DNA from: a virus
Taxonomy: Duplodnaviria > Caudoviricetes
Length of the DNA stretch: 64,000 bases
Strand: one strand, 5' to 3'
Virus record (IMG/VR): IMGVR_UViG_3300017565_000002
Coordinates: 32,001 to 96,000 of that record
Of this stretch, positions 10,582 through 20,625 are shown piece by piece (within the stretch, counting starts at the first letter, position 1; every line of letters starts with the position of its first letter). The notes beneath the pieces were generated by a model. That model searched no databases, was not told where the DNA came from, and saw only the letters and a list, made by a program, of their open reading frames with translations. A program made the translations under genes and the position numbers.

Positions 10582-13500
10582 TTAGTAAACCTCCTTCAGT
10601 CTCCCTTTAATATAAAGTTCCCCGGTATTTAGGTACTTCATCATATTCTTTGACTGTGTGCTCAATTCGTATAGAAGATTGATCTCTATTTCAGACAGAA
10701 ATCTTCCATAGTAACGAAAATCTGTAATCTTTCCTTTTGTAATTGTACCCGTACCTTCCGCTACACCATTACCCAAAAAGTATAATTCCGTAGATTCAAA
10801 TCCGGGCAATTGGGCCACCGTTGGAATATTAGTTGCAACATAGTTTCCATTTAAATAAACATCAATAAACATTCCGTTATTTGAATCAGCATACTGAATC
10901 ACCACATGCGTGTATTTTCGTATAAACCAATCCGTTGCATACTGAATTGTGGTAACACAGGAACCATTTGCAGTCTCGTAAATCAAGCTAAATGAATCCG
11001 ACCCGTCGGTATTATTTCTCAATTTTATCCAAGCAAATACGCCACCACCAACTTTAGGGGTTTCTTTCGAAGATAGAATCGTAAATGGTACTGACATAGA
11101 TTGAGATTCATCGACATATACCCAGAATGAAAAAGCTCCCTTAGCTGGGTTAACAAATCCCCCGGGTGTGGGCGCAATAATATAGGCTGTCCCATCAGAC
11201 TGATGACCACTTCCACGCAAGAAAGATACGACCTTGGTTGTACCGTACGTAGATACTGTAGTCATATTGCTATTAATCAATTCTTTCAATGGTCCATTTA
11301 ACGGCCACCATGAGTTTAAACCATTCAGTGGTCCACGCTCCATAAACCCCCTAGCTTTAACAATACCGTTCTGACCAACACTTACTTGCTTATCACTTGA
11401 TAAGAATCGGAAAAATCTAAAGTCGATTTCAGCACCAGCACTTGTAAAGAGTTCGATGCGGAAACTGGATACAGGAGAGTGCGCCCAATATGGATGTGTA
11501 CTTAAATCAATTATCTTCTCATCCCAGTTTCCGTTTGTATTCAATTGAATATAACTGGTAGTTTGGTTAAATTCTGAATCTCGGGCATTATTGAATGCGA
11601 CTCTGAGCGACGTAGCCCCGCCGGACCTAATCCGGTATTTGACTTCAAATTTGTTAAATCTACTATTGTCCATCATTACCAAATTTCTGTAAAAAATGGA
11701 TGTAAGTGAAGTCGTTAGTGATGGGTATTGAGTAGTGGCGACGATTGACAGATTACCATCAGCCAGACTTCGAGTACAATTAGTCGGTGTAAACGAGTTT
11801 GTGACACCGTAATATTCCAAACCAATTGTCGATTCAAATTGAACAGCAGTCATTGAGCCATATTCGTCCAATGAAGCACGTCTTTGGTATAAATCTTTAA
11901 TATCTGAAACCGATAGTGCAGATCTATAAATTGCAAATTCCGAAATTGTACCCACCCATCGGTATTGGTCGTCTCCATTTGTTCCAATATAAATATTAGA
12001 ACTTAACTGATAGGTTGTATAGCTCACCGTACGCGAAAGAGCAGTATCGACATATAATTTTGCAGTAAGTCCATCTAACACCATGGCTATATGCGTAAGT
12101 TTTCCATCAACCATTGATACCGCAGATGCAGCATTCCATGGTAGGTCTTTAATACCAATAGACCATTTTCCGTCGATTATGCCAACGTAGAATCTTTGAT
12201 TTGTACCATTGGTGCTCCCAAATAAGATTGTGCTTTCACCATAAGTCTTCGGCACAACCCATGCGGTTATTGTAATTGGTTGAACGGCTGGGAAAATGGA
12301 ATTCCCATATGGAACCATCATCTTACCCTTGTTGGTTATAAAATCATAATGACCAACACCCATACCATTCTTATCTGCAACCCACCTCGGGAATCTCCAG
12401 TCTGTATCTATTGGATTCTCTGCGGAGGACGTAATATCGCGTCCATACCCACTAAGATCTGGGATTCTCGCCGGGGTTGATTCATTCGTAAATGGCGTTG
12501 CATATGCAGATCTTTCTGATTGCACTTCATCAATAATAATATAACTTCCTGCTTTCATTAATCCGGTTGGGCTAACCAATGCGAATTTATCCGTATATGT
12601 CGTACCAAGACCACCGCTGGTCACGGAAAGACTTAAGGATTGCCTATTATATCCATTGGCCCCCGATATTAGATCAGCCAATACATACGTATGGTTTGCT
12701 TTGTATCTAGCAATACCAATATTCGTTGCACTACCGACTGCCATTTTGTATTCAACAACTGTTGCACTCAGTGTATGTGTATACGAATATGCCACTTGGC
12801 CAAGTATACCAAGTTCAAGTTCCAATATTCCGGTATAATCAGCAACCACTTCAAACTTAAATCTCGTCTGAGATAATCTGGTTGCTTTGATATTGCCCTG
12901 TGTAACATTGGAACCAATTACAAGGAGATTTAACCAATCATCCCACTTAGCCCTATTATACACGGGCTCTTGAAACGAATTAAATTTATAGTGGACAACC
13001 TTAGCCTTTGCAAGTTCTTTTACCTCCTGTATAGAGAGCGTATGATCATACAATCTTAAATCAGCTACATATCCCCTAAGCTTAGAGTTGGCGGTACTTT
13101 TTATCCTTGGCCCTATAGTTATATCCGCAGTATTTTCAGTTCTCGGGAGTATATGGCTACCTTGAAGCATTGCTGAATTGAACCAGACGCCATTTAGATG
13201 TGCACGCATAGCCGTACCATCGCAAGTCATTACAAAATGGTTCCACGTATTAATGGTTATAGTAGTTGCTACTGTAACTGTACTACCGGGCGGGTTTCCT
13301 GCTTGGTTAGTACCAATTAGATAGTAAACGTTTCCTGTACTATCTATCCATATTGCTGTAGTTGCATTGCTAAAATATGATCCTTCCGCTTTACTGACTA
13401 ACACACCAAAATGGGTTGCCGGTGGAAGCTCCGTTATATATGCCCACACGGATACTGAGAACGTATCATTCGAGCCAAACACCATTTTTGATAATAAATC

Positions 13501-13662
13501 CGAATGCGGGATGACAATCCTATCACTATCTAGTGTGAATTTAGCAGCACTACCAAATTTTTCACTTGATTCAAAATATGCACCCAGCGCTTGCCCGTGA
13601 TTAGCATTCATTGTATAATCTTTAACATCATTTATTAATGGATAATGCCCGATTAAAGCCAT
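10582..13662 (-). CDS. multi-LamG-domain virion adhesin
   Basis: Three LamG-like modules (FSVSVW...GYVADLRLY; ITITAW...GTISEFAIY; AFSFW...GKITDFRYY) plus intervening beta-sandwich domains. Confidence 0.8.
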   Translation of the reverse strand: MALIGHYPLINDVKDYTMNANHGQALGAYFESSEKFGSAAKFTLDSDRIVIPHSDLLSKMVFGSNDTFSVSVWAYITELPPATHFGVLVSKAEGSYFSNATTAIWIDSTGNVYYLIGTNQAGNPPGSTVTVATTITINTWNHFVMTCDGTAMRAHLNGVWFNSAMLQGSHILPRTENTADITIGPRIKSTANSKLRGYVADLRLYDHTLSIQEVKELAKAKVVHYKFNSFQEPVYNRAKWDDWLNLLVIGSNVTQGNIKATRLSQTRFKFEVVADYTGILELELGILGQVAYSYTHTLSATVVEYKMAVGSATNIGIARYKANHTYVLADLISGANGYNRQSLSLSVTSGGLGTTYTDKFALVSPTGLMKAGSYIIIDEVQSERSAYATPFTNESTPARIPDLSGYGRDITSSAENPIDTDWRFPRWVADKNGMGVGHYDFITNKGKMMVPYGNSIFPAVQPITITAWVVPKTYGESTILFGSTNGTNQRFYVGIIDGKWSIGIKDLPWNAASAVSMVDGKLTHIAMVLDGLTAKLYVDTALSRTVSYTTYQLSSNIYIGTNGDDQYRWVGTISEFAIYRSALSVSDIKDLYQRRASLDEYGSMTAVQFESTIGLEYYGVTNSFTPTNCTRSLADGNLSIVATTQYPSLTTSLTSIFYRNLVMMDNSRFNKFEVKYRIRSGGATSLRVAFNNARDSEFNQTTSYIQLNTNGNWDEKIIDLSTHPYWAHSPVSSFRIELFTSAGAEIDFRFFRFLSSDKQVSVGQNGIVKARGFMERGPLNGLNSWWPLNGPLKELINSNMTTVSTYGTTKVVSFLRGSGHQSDGTAYIIAPTPGGFVNPAKGAFSFWVYVDESQSMSVPFTILSSKETPKVGGGVFAWIKLRNNTDGSDSFSLIYETANGSCVTTIQYATDWFIRKYTHVVIQYADSNNGMFIDVYLNGNYVATNIPTVAQLPGFESTELYFLGNGVAEGTGTITKGKITDFRYYGRFLSEIEINLLYELSTQSKNMMKYLNTGELYIKGRLKEVY

Positions 13663-13711
13663 TTTCTCTTCCTCCTCTAAAATATCCTTATTTAAAGGTT
13701 GATAAAGATAA

Positions 13712-13740
13712 CTCCCATCTTATTATTTATAAGATGGGAG
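13712..13740. terminator. hairpin terminator
   Basis: CTCCCATCTTA / TAAGATGGGAG, perfect 11-bp stem. Confidence 0.7.
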
Positions 13741-13750
13741 GTAAATATTA

Positions 13751-16700
13751 TTAAACGACGTTGAAATCTAAAGATTTGGTGACAGTGTTATATTGCATGG
13801 TCACACTTCCAATTGTCATCTTATTAGTTGCCGTCACTTCTGCAAATGTTGGTGTTGAAGTTGGTCCCAGCCCTACGTCTGTGGCGGTAGGTTTAAATCC
13901 TGTGTGGTACAACTCAACCCAAGGGTACCACATACCCCCACCACCCAATGGATTACCATGGCGCATATAATACTTATTATTACTAAACCCACTCACAAGT
14001 TGTGTTACCGTATCACCAATGTCACCTCTAAGAACTAATAGATTTCCGAATGCTAGGTTGGAACCAACGGGGCCATTCGTTACGACACTTGGTAATCGGT
14101 GGGAACCTGCTTCTGTTACTGTGTCCAAATCTGCTGTGGTTGCAAAATTATATCTACGCATGAATCCACCAGCGCTGACGCCATCCACCATGTCAGCATT
14201 TAAACCACTACCTGTTCCCATATTACCAGCATGCCAAACCTTATATGGTCCAACATATGCAGTCGATGGGGCTTTGTATACCTCAAGCCATTCAACTACA
14301 GTATCACCAGTACCGCCACTGTTGGGCACTATGGCAATATCAAAGTATTTTGCTTCTGGGTCAAATTTGTTATGATCACCCGTTGCCGTGGTGTTATAGC
14401 CAGAGATGACACCCTCGAAATATTGGGAGACACCGGCTGCTATTGTAGCACCTCTAGCAGCGAAATAGTTGTATGCGGATGCCTGATCAGTGTTTATCTC
14501 GGCGTAACTATTGTCAAGCGAAATTGCACCAATATACAGTAAACCAGTGCCGCTCTTTTTCTTTATCTTTGCTCTTAAGAAATAGTTACTTTCTGGATCA
14601 ATTGGAATCCTGGACATTATTTTAATCGTAGTATTGCCGCTTATAACAACACCTCTATCCGATTCACTATAGGATGCAGAACTACCTGACGCGATTGCAG
14701 TCCAATCATTATTACCCAAGACAAATCCGGTTGTTGTATGATAACGCTGTTTCCGTAGGTTAGCATCACCACTATCTACATAACCCTTATTCGCAATATC
14801 TGCATCCACCGCTGGTGATACAATCTGTGAACGCCCATTGCCGTCGCGTGTCATGACAGTATTGATTGTCGCGGTGGTTGAGTTGGCTAACCCACGCACC
14901 AAATCCGCATTTAGGCCACTACCCGTTCCCATATTACCCGCATGCCAGATTTTATTTGTCGGGCTTGCTGCACCCATATATAATTCTCTTGCACTAATCC
15001 ACTTATCCGTGCCGGATGAGAAGGTTGTGATACTATTATTGATTTCAGCATTTAAAACAGCAGACGTGTTTTGGTTAAAATAGCTCACTAATAATAAACT
15101 TTGGCCAGATGTAGCTTTGGAATATCCAGTGAATATGATACCCCTATTAAAGAAACCTGCTGCATAAGGCACTTTTATTCCAAAGTATTTGATACCACCA
15201 TAAGTACATGTCACAAGCGTCCACGCTTCGCCAACACTTTCTATTGTACCTACGTTAGTAGAAGTACCCGCAGCCCTAGTGGTAACAGTAACAGACGCGA
15301 TCCTATTACTAACACCTATCCCACCACGCAAAGCATGGAACGTTCCCATACAATAGTTTTCAGCAATATCGGTACCATCATATATTGGATGTAAAAGTAT
15401 GACAGATTGGAGATAGTCACTTGATTGTACGCCAATGAATTTATTGGTATGGTGATTATGATTCCCGCCACTCGTGGCATCTATGATTTGTAAATCTTTT
15501 GTCATGACTACAGAGCCATCTTTTTTGACAAAATCATTACCATGTAAGCCGTCCAACATATCGGCATTTAATCCACTACCAGCACCTACGTTTCCGTAGT
15601 GCCAGACTTTATCTGTACCTACATACAAATTCTGGTAGTCATACCACTTGGAAGCAGTAGGTGTGAATGTCGCGATACTATCATTAATTTCAGCATTCAG
15701 AACAGTTGATGTCGTCGTTCTGTAGTATGGAATTACTTTTAACGTCTCAGGAGCCGCTGAATAGACGTAACCCGTAAATGAATACCCATGGACAAGCGGA
15801 GATTCAAGATACGGAACCTTTAGTGCCATATAATTGACACCATTGTATACGCATGTAACCAATGTCCACTTTTCACTGACACTCTCAATAGCCGCTATAT
15901 TTAATTTGTATGAAGATCTGGTATTAATATTCACCATAGCAAGTCTATTGGCAGATCCTCCACCACCACGCGAACCGTAGATTGTACCAACACAATAGTT
16001 ATTGGTGGTAAGTTCAGTTAAATGGTAGCGTTGATGTAAAAGAATCACGTACTCCTCTCCCGATGCTAATGCAACAGGATCTAACCGTCTATTGGCATAA
16101 TATGCATATGCATCTAGTGGAATCTGGAGTCCGCCTGTCATTGCTACAGAACCATCTTTTTTGACAAGATCCGTACCATGAATTCCATCTACGAGATCGG
16201 CATTCAATCCACTACCCGGGCCTTGATTTGTTTCATTCCAGATCTTATACCATAATCCCCATGTATTGCTATTTACGGTTCCATTTCTATAGTACAAGGT
16301 TCCTTCATCTGTAAATGCGAGCTGATGGACTCTTGTGGCAGTACCATCACTATATGGTTTAAACGTTATAACCCCCGCATATCCTCCAGTGCCAGCTGGT
16401 AAATCGACAGTTGTTCTAGTTTTAAAATCAACCCTAAATTTCGAGTTTATACTAGTATCAGCAGGCAGCAGGTTAGTAACTCTGGTGTCTGGTACTCCTA
16501 ATGCAGGATTATTGGTTACAGTATCCAACCGTGCAATATCATCAACGGCTGACGGGGCCGAAACTTTGGATCGACCATTCCCATCACGCATCATGATTGT
16601 ATTGCTATTACCTGCCACTGTTGGCCCCATGTTAACTAATGTACCGGCATCTTTTGCATATCTTGATACGGTAGAATTATCTACAAGAGTCCACGTGAAT

Positions 16701-18349
16701 GATCCAATTGTGGGAGAAATAGAAATCCCCCAACCTTGAGACCAAGTGCTATAATTTGTGATCGTAAACCCTACAAATACATCTCTGATGACAACCTGTG
16801 GATATGCCCAAGCAGTGTCGGTTTCCCCGATATATATACAGCAATTAGTACCGTCATGGCCGAATCTAACCTTAAGATCGCCTTGTAAAGTTCGAGTTAT
16901 TGTATGACAGTTACAAGAAAGCCAGGCGGACGACGTACCATAGTTATAGCCAGATATATGAAACGTTGCTGTTTTGGATGGTGTTGAATAATCATATACA
17001 TCAACGGTCATCATTATCATATTGCTAGACCAGCTTACGGGAAGTTTTATCTTGATTACACCAGTTTCAGAAACGAGTACACTCGAATACATTCCTCCGC
17101 TAGGGTACGCTAAAAAGATACCGGGTCCCGGGCTAAGCCTTGAACCTACGGCGGGAGCCTCTAATGCTCCTGTCATCTTATCTCCGTCTAACTTAACTGC
17201 ATTTTCAAGCGTTGTACGAGGATCAGTCTTCCAGTCAGATTTTCCAGTAATGGCTTTGATTCGGTTTGCTAACCAACCCAGAATCGTCGTGAGAGTGCCG
17301 GTGTTAGAGCTTGGTGCTGTGCCATCACCTATTACGCGACTACCGATAACTGTATCAGTTGCGGCATCTGTTGTCTCTGTCAACTCGGAGAAACGTACAT
17401 TACCCCATGCAATACTACCGGCGACAGACCCAGCTTTCAAAAATTTATTATTATTCGTCGCACCTGTAGCAGGGACATGAAGATTTCCGTCTCCGGTTGG
17501 ATGTACATAGTTATTCGCACCAGCTGTAATACCAGCAAGTTTATCAAATTGTGCAGCCGTCATAAACCCTGCGGCAGCGCTACTAGCGGCAGCATGAGCA
17601 GTTCCACCTGCACCAACGTGAGTTATTGGAGCTTGTTGAACGTTATCGACATTTCCTAACCCCACATCTGCTTTACCGGGCTTATTAGCAGATGTATAGA
17701 AATCTGCCCATGCACCCCAGCTATTATCCCCCTGTGTTGCTGCCCTAACTTTCATCAGCGGAATCTTGTTATTGGCATAATCGTACGCAATTTGATATGA
17801 CGAGGTATACGCATTCATATTATAGGTAATAACACCAGAGATGGAGAATGGAAATCCTTTGGTGTTATCACCCAATGTATATGAAATTCCCTCTGGATAA
17901 GTGTTTGGGGCATCTGAAGCTGACTTTGCATTATAGCCAAGATTGCGATAAGGTTCTTGTTTGAGGTTATCAACATTTCCTAGCCCGACCTGTGCCTTCG
18001 TTACTTGGTTAGGGTTGTCTCTTCTAGCTGCATATGCAGAGATAGAAGTATCAACCGCAGTTTGTGTTACATAATTCTCGCTGTGCCAAGTGTTATTATG
18101 CACAACCAGTTGCTGAATCGTAGGAAGGTTTGCCCATGGGACCTTAGAGGTTCCATCCAATGGTGCAATGCCGTTTGCTGCACCAATCTTATTATTTATA
18201 GCAGCAATACTGGCACTTAATTGATTAAGCGTAATGGTTCCATCTCCGAGCTGTACATCAATCTGCTGTACCACGGCAAGGAGTTGGGTTTTTATACTCT
18301 CCAGTTCATGTAGTACGTGTGGTTTTGACACAATATGCACTCCTCTCAT
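13751..18349 (-). CDS. long tail fibre protein
   Basis: K(A)xVGLGNVDN repeats, four K(I/V)W...GSGLNAD joints, knob-like domains, late promoter upstream. Confidence 0.85.
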   Translation of the reverse strand: MRGVHIVSKPHVLHELESIKTQLLAVVQQIDVQLGDGTITLNQLSASIAAINNKIGAANGIAPLDGTSKVPWANLPTIQQLVVHNNTWHSENYVTQTAVDTSISAYAARRDNPNQVTKAQVGLGNVDNLKQEPYRNLGYNAKSASDAPNTYPEGISYTLGDNTKGFPFSISGVITYNMNAYTSSYQIAYDYANNKIPLMKVRAATQGDNSWGAWADFYTSANKPGKADVGLGNVDNVQQAPITHVGAGGTAHAAASSAAAGFMTAAQFDKLAGITAGANNYVHPTGDGNLHVPATGATNNNKFLKAGSVAGSIAWGNVRFSELTETTDAATDTVIGSRVIGDGTAPSSNTGTLTTILGWLANRIKAITGKSDWKTDPRTTLENAVKLDGDKMTGALEAPAVGSRLSPGPGIFLAYPSGGMYSSVLVSETGVIKIKLPVSWSSNMIMMTVDVYDYSTPSKTATFHISGYNYGTSSAWLSCNCHTITRTLQGDLKVRFGHDGTNCCIYIGETDTAWAYPQVVIRDVFVGFTITNYSTWSQGWGISISPTIGSFTWTLVDNSTVSRYAKDAGTLVNMGPTVAGNSNTIMMRDGNGRSKVSAPSAVDDIARLDTVTNNPALGVPDTRVTNLLPADTSINSKFRVDFKTRTTVDLPAGTGGYAGVITFKPYSDGTATRVHQLAFTDEGTLYYRNGTVNSNTWGLWYKIWNETNQGPGSGLNADLVDGIHGTDLVKKDGSVAMTGGLQIPLDAYAYYANRRLDPVALASGEEYVILLHQRYHLTELTTNNYCVGTIYGSRGGGGSANRLAMVNINTRSSYKLNIAAIESVSEKWTLVTCVYNGVNYMALKVPYLESPLVHGYSFTGYVYSAAPETLKVIPYYRTTTSTVLNAEINDSIATFTPTASKWYDYQNLYVGTDKVWHYGNVGAGSGLNADMLDGLHGNDFVKKDGSVVMTKDLQIIDATSGGNHNHHTNKFIGVQSSDYLQSVILLHPIYDGTDIAENYCMGTFHALRGGIGVSNRIASVTVTTRAAGTSTNVGTIESVGEAWTLVTCTYGGIKYFGIKVPYAAGFFNRGIIFTGYSKATSGQSLLLVSYFNQNTSAVLNAEINNSITTFSSGTDKWISARELYMGAASPTNKIWHAGNMGTGSGLNADLVRGLANSTTATINTVMTRDGNGRSQIVSPAVDADIANKGYVDSGDANLRKQRYHTTTGFVLGNNDWTAIASGSSASYSESDRGVVISGNTTIKIMSRIPIDPESNYFLRAKIKKKSGTGLLYIGAISLDNSYAEINTDQASAYNYFAARGATIAAGVSQYFEGVISGYNTTATGDHNKFDPEAKYFDIAIVPNSGGTGDTVVEWLEVYKAPSTAYVGPYKVWHAGNMGTGSGLNADMVDGVSAGGFMRRYNFATTADLDTVTEAGSHRLPSVVTNGPVGSNLAFGNLLVLRGDIGDTVTQLVSGFSNNKYYMRHGNPLGGGGMWYPWVELYHTGFKPTATDVGLGPTSTPTFAEVTATNKMTIGSVTMQYNTVTKSLDFNVV

Positions 18350-18374
18350 TAAATCGATCGTAAATTAAGGTCGT

Positions 18375-18386
18375 TATAATGATGTT
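18375..18386 (-). promoter_or_regulatory. late promoter motif AACA-N6-TA
   Basis: AACATCATTATA, 26 nt upstream of the fibre gene. Confidence 0.7.
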
Positions 18387-18405
18387 TCGTTTAAAAAATA
18401 GGTAA

Positions 18406-18431
18406 AGAGTAGGTGATATATCACCTACTCT
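18406..18431. terminator. palindromic hairpin terminator
   Basis: AGAGTAGGTGA-TATA-TCACCTACTCT. Confidence 0.7.
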
Positions 18432-18439
18432 CCGTTTCA

Positions 18440-20566
18440 TTACGAGGAACTAGCGTTAAATGTCATAATCGGCGTTTCGTGGATTCCCACACCATATTTG
18501 CCATTCATTATAACGGGCAATGCAATGTGTAATGTAGTGCCTGATGTGCCATAGATAAAAGGAATAGAAATTTCATAACCCCGTATAATGATTAAGAGCA
18601 TTTCAACATGGACCCAACCTTGTGCTGTCGTAAGTGTTATATCAGTCGACTGCTCTACACCATTAAGACGGAGTTTTTCTCCCGCAAGGCCACCCTTTCG
18701 TATAATGGCAGGACTACCCGACTGGAGCTTTATCCACATTGCAATCGTTGAATATCCTTGGCTACCTGAAATCGATAATGAATTATTGGTAGTCATCATA
18801 TACTTTGAAGAATACGGGGAGTTTGTACCTGCCCCAGCCACGATCTGTAACACCCTAAAGTGAGCACCATATCTCTTATAGCCAGTGGATAATTTACGAT
18901 TTGGCATAGATTCCAACAGATCCGCTACAGTCTGAGGAAGGGCTGCCCCTGCACCCCCATATGTTGAACTGTCATAGGTGAACATACCGCCGTCAGTTAG
19001 GACTGATCCATTATAGCTGGAAAATAACATCCCAGCTGAAAATGCGGTATTGGGAAGTGATGACAATGGGTGGAAACCTGAACCCATGAATCTACCAGAG
19101 TCCGGAAGAAGATTTGTCTTTGGCAATTCGGTTAATGCCACGTTTAAAGCTATTTTCGTATTCTGTAAATCGGTATTTACGGTGTTGATATAGTTTTGTA
19201 AGCTACTAATTAAGCTTGCTTCTCCACCACGATCTGCATATTTAAAGATGAAAGCGTGAACTTCATCTCCTATAGTAAGTGGAAAGTTTAGGGTGACAAC
19301 CCTTGTTCCCGGTGCAATGGAATAGTCGACGTCTTCTAAATTTATACCCTTATAAGATAGCATCTCCTTATCTCCGGTAGCTGGAGAGAAGAATTCTTCA
19401 GGTATGGCAAAACTGGTAATTCCGTTGGCGGTTGCCGAATACGTGTACTCGAAAAGGTATTTCTTACCGCTGGTGCCACCCATCAGTGTACCACCCATAC
19501 CATTCGAGTTATTACTGATATATTTCATAACCCGATAGAGGTAGGCTAGGAACCCATCTGTGATATCCAGCATTTTATACACCAATGTCGGATGAGGTTT
19601 AACCTCATTGGTCGTTACGACGATATCATAGTAAGACTGGGAATCCAATCCCTCAACACTCTTACCATTAGCCGATATTGTAAGATTTTCATTGGAGATA
19701 CGAACTGGTGTAACTTTAGCCGATTTCAAAATTGATGTTATAGCAGCAGTTTCCGATGATGATACAAACTCATGCGTTGATGCAACTGCATTATCGGAAA
19801 AGGAACGATAAGTCTTCATGCTGAATTTATCATTCTTCTCAAATAAGAAATATTGAGTAGGTAGTCTAACCGTAACAGGTGTCGCTCTCTTATTAAAGAT
19901 CCAAAATGGATATGTCAATTCCGTCACTGTCTTATTCTTTATCAGGAATACCTCATTGTTTAAAATACAGAACTTGTCTCGGTTTGCAACAAGATCTCGA
20001 TCTGCATATGGAACGGATGGATATCCCAATGTAGATGCAAATGTGCCGGTCTCTAACTTCATAAGTTTAAACACGGCATTATTAGTTAACACCTCCCGAC
20101 CAAGGTTAGAGAGGATCTTGGTTTTACTGATTGCCTCTATCATAATACCTTGGTTCACATCAAACACATCCGCATCTGTATTTAGCTTACAGAAGAATTC
20201 TGGAAGAACCAGAATATCCTTAATCGCGTTAGATTGATTATATTGAATCAATACCTGCCGCTCATGGATATCCGTTGCCGTAATGACAAAGGAATGAGGG
20301 ATTGCAACTGCCACTTTAGCAGAGAAATTACCTTCTGTGCCCACGCCGATCGTCGCATCTTTCACGGTCTGGGTAACTTGAATCGTTGCTGGGTTGTAGA
20401 TATTCGTATAGTCGTCAATACTCGGTAACAAATGAAGAACGTTGCTCGTATCTTTGTAAACCAATCGCATATTCGCATTAAATGCCATTTCACCCGGAAT
20501 CAGATCAGTTTGTGGGTTTGCAAATACACCAAAAAAGTTAGCAAAGTGTAATTTATCAATTGCCAT
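18440..20566 (-). CDS. virion structural protein (baseplate/fibre-associated)
   Basis: Start revised to MAIDK (GGAGG RBS); lies within the tail module; no specific motif recognised. Confidence 0.55.
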   Translation of the reverse strand: MAIDKLHFANFFGVFANPQTDLIPGEMAFNANMRLVYKDTSNVLHLLPSIDDYTNIYNPATIQVTQTVKDATIGVGTEGNFSAKVAVAIPHSFVITATDIHERQVLIQYNQSNAIKDILVLPEFFCKLNTDADVFDVNQGIMIEAISKTKILSNLGREVLTNNAVFKLMKLETGTFASTLGYPSVPYADRDLVANRDKFCILNNEVFLIKNKTVTELTYPFWIFNKRATPVTVRLPTQYFLFEKNDKFSMKTYRSFSDNAVASTHEFVSSSETAAITSILKSAKVTPVRISNENLTISANGKSVEGLDSQSYYDIVVTTNEVKPHPTLVYKMLDITDGFLAYLYRVMKYISNNSNGMGGTLMGGTSGKKYLFEYTYSATANGITSFAIPEEFFSPATGDKEMLSYKGINLEDVDYSIAPGTRVVTLNFPLTIGDEVHAFIFKYADRGGEASLISSLQNYINTVNTDLQNTKIALNVALTELPKTNLLPDSGRFMGSGFHPLSSLPNTAFSAGMLFSSYNGSVLTDGGMFTYDSSTYGGAGAALPQTVADLLESMPNRKLSTGYKRYGAHFRVLQIVAGAGTNSPYSSKYMMTTNNSLSISGSQGYSTIAMWIKLQSGSPAIIRKGGLAGEKLRLNGVEQSTDITLTTAQGWVHVEMLLIIIRGYEISIPFIYGTSGTTLHIALPVIMNGKYGVGIHETPIMTFNASSS

Positions 20567-20592
20567 TAAGTACACCTCCATATGTGTTTACA

Positions 20593-20619
20593 AAGGAGTC
20601 GCCACTTAGACGACTCCTT
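20593..20619. terminator. hairpin terminator
   Basis: AAGGAGTCG / CGACTCCTT stem between structural genes. Confidence 0.6.
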
Positions 20620-20625
20620 ATTTCC

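Noticed and set aside
4027-18349. Diversity-generating retroelement or invertible cassette acting on tail fibres
   Set aside because: No reverse transcriptase, no TR/VR pair differing at adenines, and no invertase or inverted crossover sites seen; repeats are in-frame protein repeats.
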